64,000 nt of DNA, taken from Christensenella sp. UBA7571 (lineage in GTDB: Bacteria; Bacillota; Clostridia; Christensenellales; CAG-917). A program made the translations under genes and the position numbers. The stretch spans positions 11,472-75,471 of the forward strand of contig DLLD01000004.1 of assembly GCA_002476605.1 (NCBI GenBank), written 5' to 3'. Positions within the stretch are counted from its first letter, which is position 1. Each line of letters opens with the position of its first letter. The notes beneath the pieces are model-generated. The model saw only the letters and a program-made list of their open reading frames with translations. It made no database searches and had not been told where the DNA came from. Shown one piece after another: positions 58,272 through 64,000 of the stretch.

Positions 58272-59132
58272 ATGTTCGGATACGTCATACCCGATAAACA
58301 GAATATGTATATCAAGGATTTCAACGTATTCCAAGCGTTTTATTGCGGGCTTTGCAAGACGCTCGGCAAGACTGGCTCGCAAATTACGAGACTTTGCACC
58401 AACTACGACGTCACTTTTTACAGCGTGCTTTTGCACTCGCTCACGGACACAAAAGTGCAGTTCGAGCGCAAGCTTTGCACCTACAACGGCAAGAAAAAGG
58501 TGGTAGTAAGTGCGGACGAGTTGTCGAGAAAGATGGCGGATTTATCCGTTATGCTCGTCTATTACAACGCCGAAGACGACGTTACCGACGGCAAAAAATC
58601 GCGTATTCTTATCAAGTGGAGGCTTGCTCTGCGCAAGGCAAAAGCGTCCAAACGCTTGCCCGAAATCGATAAGATGATGAAAAACAGTTTTGCATCGCTC
58701 AACGCTTTGGAAAAGGCCAAGTGCGACAGCATAGATAGAGCGGCGGATTGCTTCGCGTCGCTTATGCGCGACATCACGCGCGCCCTTATCAAAACCGACG
58801 ACGTCATAGACACGTTCACCTACAATCTCGGTAGGCTCGTGTATTTGCTCGACGCGGTTGACGACGTTGAAAAAGACACCAAAAAGAAGAGGTACAATCC
58901 TCTGTTGCTCAATTACGGTGAGTGTATGAATAAGGCGGATTATCTTGCGAAAAACGCCGATGAACTGTCGTTTTTGCTCAATTCCACTTACAATAAGATG
59001 GTTGCAAGCTACAACGATATGGATATAAAACTCTACGAGGGCGTACTATCCAACACCGTATATCTGGGCTTGAAGATGCAGATAGAGCATTTGCTCAAAG
59101 GAGAAGATAAATGCCGACTAACCCGTTTGTAA
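58272..59132 (+). CDS. DUF5685-like protein
   Basis: The N-terminus MFGYVIPDKQNMYIKDFNVFQAFYCGLCKTLGK...TRLCTNYDVTFYSVLLHSL matches the DUF5685 pattern (MFGY..P....L......Y.A.YCGLCK.L) as I recall it. Confidence 0.6.
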   Translation: MFGYVIPDKQNMYIKDFNVFQAFYCGLCKTLGKTGSQITRLCTNYDVTFYSVLLHSLTDTKVQFERKLCTYNGKKKVVVSADELSRKMADLSVMLVYYNAEDDVTDGKKSRILIKWRLALRKAKASKRLPEIDKMMKNSFASLNALEKAKCDSIDRAADCFASLMRDITRALIKTDDVIDTFTYNLGRLVYLLDAVDDVEKDTKKKRYNPLLLNYGECMNKADYLAKNADELSFLLNSTYNKMVASYNDMDIKLYEGVLSNTVYLGLKMQIEHLLKGEDKCRLTRL

Positions 59133-59755
59133 TTCTCGGTATAGACCAAAACGCGTCGCAAAGCGAAATCCTCGAAGCGTACAAAACCAAACGTGCCCAA
59201 TATCAAGAGCACGTCTTTGACGAGGGAGAGGCGGGCGCGCAAGCGGCTCGTATGCTCGAACAGCTTGACAACGCCTACCAACAAGCGATGGAATCCGCAC
59301 AAGAAGCTGCCACCGTCACAGGTGAGGGTGAGTCCGCTTTCGAGGCGGTCAAGCAAGCCATTCGCAACAAGGACGTGGAAACCGCTCAACGCGAACTTGA
59401 TAAAATGTCCACCCGCGGTGCGGAATGGCACTATTATCAGTCCATCGTCTTTTACGAGAAAAACTGGCTCAACGACAGCAAAAAGCAGTTGGAACTTGCC
59501 ATCGAAATGGATTCTTCCAACCCAAAGTATTCTCGCGCGCTCGAAAACCTCAAAAAGAAGATAGACGGCTCACGCCCCTACGATAAAGAAGGTTCAAAAG
59601 GCGTTTACGGCAAGAACGATACCACTCACACCTCTCGCACCTATTCTCAACGCGACTCCGACGTCGCCGACGGAATGTGCGCCGCTTGTCAAGCGCTTTG
59701 GTGTGCGGATTGTTGTTGTGAGTGTATGGGTGGCGACTTGATTCGATGCTGTTAA
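59111..59755 (+). CDS. J-domain-like / TPR-like protein with C-terminal cysteine string
   Basis: ATG 59111 follows AAAGGAGAAG and overlaps the upstream gene by 22 nt. The N-terminus NPFVILGIDQNASQSEILEAYKTKRAQY is J-domain-like, but I see no HPD tripeptide. The C-terminus is CAACQALWCADCCCECMGGDLIRCC. Confidence 0.6.
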   Translation: MPTNPFVILGIDQNASQSEILEAYKTKRAQYQEHVFDEGEAGAQAARMLEQLDNAYQQAMESAQEAATVTGEGESAFEAVKQAIRNKDVETAQRELDKMSTRGAEWHYYQSIVFYEKNWLNDSKKQLELAIEMDSSNPKYSRALENLKKKIDGSRPYDKEGSKGVYGKNDTTHTSRTYSQRDSDVADGMCAACQALWCADCCCECMGGDLIRCC

Positions 59756-59768
59756 AATGTGCTAAACG

Positions 59769-59942
59769 GCGAATAACTGCGTCAGACGGCTTCGTTCACC
59801 CAGTCACGTACGCATAGTACGTTAGGCTGTGTGCCCAAAGCCATCTTCCTTGTTCTTCATCCGTTTATCGCATTTTATCAAGCAACGACAGATGTTGTTA
59901 AACACGCTATGTTCTTCATCTCAATATCGCGTTTTACCAAGC
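59769..59942 (+). repeat. Gene-3' module C, copy 2 (with duplicated tail)
   Basis: GCGAATAACTGCGTCAGACGG, then a hairpin with apical CACGTAC-gcata-GTACGTT, then TTCCTTGTTCTTCATCCGTTTATCGCATTTTATCAAGC, then a second tail GTTCTTCATCTCAATATCGCGTTTTACCAAGC. Confidence 0.75.
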
Positions 59943-59964
59943 ATCTAAACGCTGTTGCTGATTT

Positions 59965-60216
59965 GCGCCGAATGCTAAACACGTGTCACTTATCTCTACG
60001 AGATAACTTGACACATATTTAGGCGCAAACGTCCTACACAAAAGCAATCGGAGCATTGCTTTTGTGCGTAAGGTCTCACAACCTTGAGACGGCTCGGCGG
60101 TTGCTCGGATAGAAAGTTGATGCTCACAAAGATTTCTTCGTGGAGTTATAAACTACTGCTCCGCCTATCTACGAGCAACGTTAGGCGCAATAAATTGCAC
60201 TGACGGAATATTCCAT
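59965..60216 (+). repeat. ~250-nt multi-hairpin intergenic element, copy B
   Basis: See 28697-28947. Same orientation, same three hairpins, and it ends in GGAATATTCC (60205-60214). Confidence 0.9.
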
Positions 60217-60313
60217 ATTTGTTGTGCTTTATTGAAATGATAATATGGAAAATTAGATTTATATAACTATAAAAAATAAATAAAACAAAAGCAAAACAAG
60301 TAAACACAATGTT

Positions 60314-60335
60314 TCTCACGACGTGAGAATAACAC
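60314..60335 (+). repeat. Single hairpin-heptamer unit directly upstream of the potA SD
   Basis: tctcac-gac-gtgaga ATAACAC, then GAGGTTATATACTATG. Compare array 4: tctcgc-tat-gcgaga ATAT-GAGGTTAATTCTATG. Confidence 0.7.
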
Positions 60336-60348
60336 GAGGTTATATACT

Positions 60349-61980
60349 ATGACAAACAAAACACCTGTTGACAACATCATCGAATTGCGCAACGTCTACA
60401 AAGAGTACGACGGAAAGCAAGTGGTCAAAAACGCCAGCCTCACCATAAAACGAGGCGAATTCGTTACGCTTTTAGGTCCGTCGGGTTGCGGTAAAACCAC
60501 GACTTTGCGTATGATTGCGGGCTTTGAAATGCCCACGAGCGGAAAAATCATCTTCAACGGCAAGGACATTACAGACACTCCTCCGCACTTGCGTCCTCTC
60601 AACACGGTGTTCCAAAAGTACGCCCTTTTCCCGCACCTCAACGTTTTCAATAACATTGCCTTCGGATTGAAACTCAAAGTTATCCCCAACGGCACGAAAG
60701 TCAACAAGAAAGGTGAAACGGTGCAACTTTTCAGAAAGTACACCAAGGCGGAAATCAAAACGAAAGTAAACGACGCACTCAAAATGGTTGACCTCGAAGA
60801 CTACGGACACAGAAACGTATCGTCACTCAGCGGCGGACAACAACAACGCGTCGCAATCGCGCGCGCGCTCGTCAACGAACCGGAAGTGTTGCTCCTCGAC
60901 GAACCGCTCGGTGCACTCGACCTCAAAATGAGAAAAGATATGCAACTCGAACTTATGGATATGCACAAGCGCCTCGGCATTACGTTTATTTACGTAACGC
61001 ACGACCAAGAAGAGGCACTTACGATGTCCGACAAGATCGTGGTTATGCGCCTTGGTGAAATTCAACAAATCGCGTCCCCCGAAAAGGTGTACGACGAGCC
61101 CGCAAACGCTTTCGTTGCGGACTTCATCGGAGAAAGCACCATTCTTTCGGGCGTTATGCTGGAAGACTACAAAGTCGAGTTCTGCGACACGGTATTCGAG
61201 TGCGTGGACAAAGGATTTAAGCACAACGAGCCTATCGACGTTATCATTCGTCCCGAGGACGTAAAAATCAAGAAAGTCGACGACAAAAAGACCATTCTCA
61301 CGGCGGAAGTGCTTTCGTCCGTATTTAAGGGGGACCACTATCAAATCACGCTTCTTGCCAACGGCAACGAAATCGTGGCGCACGACACCGATACGTACGA
61401 AGTCGGTGAAACGGTTGGCATCTACATCAAGCCGTTCGACCTTCACATTATGCACAAAACTCGTATCATCAACGAGATCGACACCGTTATCACGGGAGAA
61501 AACCTCGTGGAAATCTGCGGTGTGGACTTTGAGTGCAAGACGGATCTCGAAGTGGGCACTCCCGTCAAGGTCTCCGTTGACTTCGACGACGTGGAAATCC
61601 TCGACGACGAGGAAGACGGACAAATCGGCGCAACCGTACTTTCGTCCATTTACAAAGGCAGTTATTATCAAGCGATACTCTCCACCGACGAGCATTATAT
61701 CTTCTTTGCCGACACAGACGACGACTGGCTCAAAGGCGACCGCGTAGGCATCAAGATCGCGCCCGAAAAGATTATCATCGAAAAACGCGACGTAGAAGAA
61801 GTCGTGGAAGAGAAAGTCGTAAAAGACGAAACTTTGACGGCGGAAGAGCAAGCCGCAATCGAAGAAGCGCGCAACCAAGAAGTAGAAAAATTCGACGCAG
61901 TTGAGGAAATCATCAGCGAAGCCGAAGAAAAAGACGCTCAATCGAGCGACGCCGAAGTCAAGGAGGACGACGCGGAGTGA
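60349..61980 (+). CDS. potA: Spermidine/putrescine ABC transporter ATP-binding protein with duplicated C-terminal TOBE-like domain and acidic tail
   Basis: Walker [35 protein letters not shown] and LLLDEPLGALD. At 543 aa it is far longer than the usual ~370 aa. Confidence 0.9.
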   Translation: MTNKTPVDNIIELRNVYKEYDGKQVVKNASLTIKRGEFVTLLGPSGCGKTTTLRMIAGFEMPTSGKIIFNGKDITDTPPHLRPLNTVFQKYALFPHLNVFNNIAFGLKLKVIPNGTKVNKKGETVQLFRKYTKAEIKTKVNDALKMVDLEDYGHRNVSSLSGGQQQRVAIARALVNEPEVLLLDEPLGALDLKMRKDMQLELMDMHKRLGITFIYVTHDQEEALTMSDKIVVMRLGEIQQIASPEKVYDEPANAFVADFIGESTILSGVMLEDYKVEFCDTVFECVDKGFKHNEPIDVIIRPEDVKIKKVDDKKTILTAEVLSSVFKGDHYQITLLANGNEIVAHDTDTYEVGETVGIYIKPFDLHIMHKTRIINEIDTVITGENLVEICGVDFECKTDLEVGTPVKVSVDFDDVEILDDEEDGQIGATVLSSIYKGSYYQAILSTDEHYIFFADTDDDWLKGDRVGIKIAPEKIIIEKRDVEEVVEEKVVKDETLTAEEQAAIEEARNQEVEKFDAVEEIISEAEEKDAQSSDAEVKEDDAE

Positions 61981-62777
61981 AAAAAATCGTTCGCAAAAAA
62001 TTCAGATTGACGAAAAAGGCGTTTAGCGTTCCCTATATCCTTTTTCTCATTCTATTCGTCGTCATTCCGCTCGTGCTTATCTTGGTAAACGCGTTCTTGG
62101 ACTCCGACAACAATCTTACTTTTGACAACTTCAAGGTGTTCTTCTCCTCGAAGTCAAGTCTTATAGTGTTGGGTAACTCGCTTCTCGTGGGCGTAATAAC
62201 CACCGCGCTTTGCCTACTGCTCGGATATCCCGTTGCGTACATACTCTCAAAGTATTCCAGCGGAAAAATTCTCGTGTTGCTTTACGTCATACCGATGGGC
62301 GTAAACTTCCTTATCCGCACGCTTGCGACAAAAGCGATTTTCATTGCGCTGGGCGTGGAACTCGGTATGGGTACTGTCATCTTCGGTATGGTGTACAACT
62401 ATCTGCCGTTTATGATACTCCCTCTTCACACGACGCTTTCGAGCATTGACAAGAGCTATATCGAGGCGGCGCAAGACCTCGGCGCGGACAAAGCGACCGT
62501 GTTCTTCAAGACGACGCTTCCCCTTTCGCTCAGCGGTATATGCAGTGGCATAACTATGGTGTTTATCCCCACTATATCCACTTACGCCATATCGCAATTG
62601 CTCTCCAACGGCAAGATATTCCTCTTCGGTGACTCAATTCAATTGAGCTTCGAGCAAGGTATGTACGGCGTCGGATCTATAATGAGCATCGTTATGCTTA
62701 TATTCGTTCTCATCTCCAACTTCGTGATGAACAAGTTCAACCGCAACAGCAACGCTGTGAGGAGGTCGTTATGGTAA
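61977..62777 (+). CDS. potB: Spermidine/putrescine ABC transporter permease PotB
   Basis: The GTG start overlaps the potA stop. Six TM segments and the EAA-type loop IDKSYIEAAQDLGADKATVFFKTTLPLS. Confidence 0.88.
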   Translation: MKKIVRKKFRLTKKAFSVPYILFLILFVVIPLVLILVNAFLDSDNNLTFDNFKVFFSSKSSLIVLGNSLLVGVITTALCLLLGYPVAYILSKYSSGKILVLLYVIPMGVNFLIRTLATKAIFIALGVELGMGTVIFGMVYNYLPFMILPLHTTLSSIDKSYIEAAQDLGADKATVFFKTTLPLSLSGICSGITMVFIPTISTYAISQLLSNGKIFLFGDSIQLSFEQGMYGVGSIMSIVMLIFVLISNFVMNKFNRNSNAVRRSLW

Positions 62778-63598
62778 AAGACAAAATAAGAGGCTTTTTC
62801 GAGAAATTTTATCTTTTGATAATCCTCGCGATTTTGTATGCGCCGATTATCCTCTTGATAATCTACTCCTTCTCCAACAGTTCCAACTTCAACTTTGACA
62901 ACGGGTTCAGTTTCGAGGCGTACGTGTCCATCTTCAAGTCCGACAAATCGCCCGAACTTTGGAGCGCGATTGCCAACACGTTTATCATCGCAAGCATATC
63001 TTCCGTAATCGCAACGATTATGGGCACGTTTGCCTCAATCGGTATATTCAACCTCGGCAAGCGTATGCGCAGAATAGTTGAAAACGTCAACCAATTCCCC
63101 ATCATCAACAGCGAAATCGTTATGGCGGTTTCTATGATGGTGTTCTTCGTGACGTTCGCGTTCCCCGAAGGCTACTTGCGCCTCATCATCGCGCACATCG
63201 CGTTCTGCACTCCCTACGTCGTTTTGAGCGTTTTGCCGAAACTGGAATCTATGGATCCCAACATTTACGAAGCGGCTCTCGACCTCGGGGCAAATCCGTT
63301 CAAAGCTCTCGTAAAGGTGCTTATCCCCATTATCACTCCCGGTATCGTAAGCGGCTTCGTAATGGCGTTTATTATGTCTATGGACGACTTTATCATCACC
63401 CAAATCAACAAGGGTGCGGCAACCGGCATCAACACGCTTTCCACCTACATCTATTCGGACGCGCGCGTGCAAGGTCTCGAACCCTTCTGGTATGCGATAT
63501 TCTCGATTATATTCGTGATAGTGCTTGCGGCGGTGCTTTCAATCAACCTCGTAAAAATCTCACGTGAAAAGAAAAAGAACAAGGAGGCGGCACAATGA
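62771..63598 (+). CDS. potC: Spermidine/putrescine ABC transporter permease PotC
   Basis: ATG 62771 follows GGAGG. EAA-type loop MDPNIYEAALDLGANPFKALVKVLIPI. Confidence 0.88.
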   Translation: MVKDKIRGFFEKFYLLIILAILYAPIILLIIYSFSNSSNFNFDNGFSFEAYVSIFKSDKSPELWSAIANTFIIASISSVIATIMGTFASIGIFNLGKRMRRIVENVNQFPIINSEIVMAVSMMVFFVTFAFPEGYLRLIIAHIAFCTPYVVLSVLPKLESMDPNIYEAALDLGANPFKALVKVLIPIITPGIVSGFVMAFIMSMDDFIITQINKGAATGINTLSTYIYSDARVQGLEPFWYAIFSIIFVIVLAAVLSINLVKISREKKKNKEAAQ

Positions 63599-64000
63599 AA
63601 CGTATCGCAAAATTCATACTTCTCGTCCTTCTTCTCTCTTTCGTATTGCTTCCCACCCTCGTTGCGTGCAACGACGCTTCCGACGGCTCGTCTTCGAGCG
63701 GGGATCGTCTCGTCATATACAATTGGGAAGACTATATCGACGGTGAAAGAGACGAGGACGGCAACACCCTCCTTGACGAATTTGCTGCCTATTACAAAGA
63801 AAAAACGGGGCGCAAACTCAACATTACCTACACCACTTTCGACACCAACGAGACTATGATGACCAAAGTCCTCAAAGGTGACGCCAACGTGGATTTGATA
63901 TGCCCGAGCGAGTACGCAATCGAAAAACTTTTGGTTGCGGGTTGCCTTTTGAGCCACAAGGAAATCAAAAAGGAACTTGAAAGCCAACTCACCCAATACG
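63595..64000 (+). CDS. potD: Spermidine/putrescine-binding lipoprotein PotD, 3'-truncated at window edge
   Basis: The ATG overlaps the potC stop (ATGA). MKRIAKFILLVLLLSFVLLPTLVAC-N gives a lipobox, followed by LVIYNWEDYI, typical of PotD-family proteins. The frame is open to nt 64000, which is why it is absent from the ORF track. Confidence 0.82.
   Translation, partial: MKRIAKFILLVLLLSFVLLPTLVACNDASDGSSSSGDRLVIYNWEDYIDGERDEDGNTLLDEFAAYYKEKTGRKLNITYTTFDTNETMMTKVLKGDANVDLICPSEYAIEKLLVAGCLLSHKEIKKELESQLTQY

Overview
This is a 64-kb chromosomal window of moderate GC. Its gene families point to an anaerobic Bacillota/Clostridia-like bacterium; that placement is an inference from gene content, not from a phylogenetic marker. 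About 50 protein genes are supported.

Coding content:
- Two very large surface proteins: a 5'-truncated BspA-type LRR protein and a ~3455-aa MBG/YDG-repeat protein with a C-terminal TM anchor.
- Central metabolism and biosynthesis: asd-dapA, a short malic enzyme, a two-subunit class I fumarate hydratase, rpiB, a homocitrate/Re-citrate synthase-family enzyme and thrC.
- Transport and energy: an FMN-riboswitch-controlled ECF S-component (ribU-like), a complete V-type ATPase operon in Enterococcus hirae order (F-I-K-E-C-G-A-B-D) with an intact Na+-binding signature in subunit K, a MacB/FtsX-type ABC exporter with a large lipoprotein, an NMT1-type ABC importer behind a TM1266-like mini-regulator, and potABCD (potD runs off the 3' edge).
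- Regulation and translation: an ECF sigma / PepSY anti-sigma / 4xPepSY lipoprotein module, queH, rpmE, a DUF1385::PrmC fusion, prfA and trpS.
- Unknown function: a DUF5685 plus J-domain/cysteine-string pair, and several other uncharacterised genes.

I recognised no rRNA, tRNA, CRISPR array, transposase, integrase or phage gene.

The most unusual content is non-coding. Intergenic regions are built from a modular repeat family: strictly phased 22-nt hairpin + AATATCAC arrays, a GGAATATTCC palindrome, a ~250-nt multi-hairpin element present twice, gene-3' modules and TAAT-rich tracts. Helically phased A-tract blocks flank the ECF sigma locus. All functional ideas about these elements are hypotheses. 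No database search or folding program could be run.
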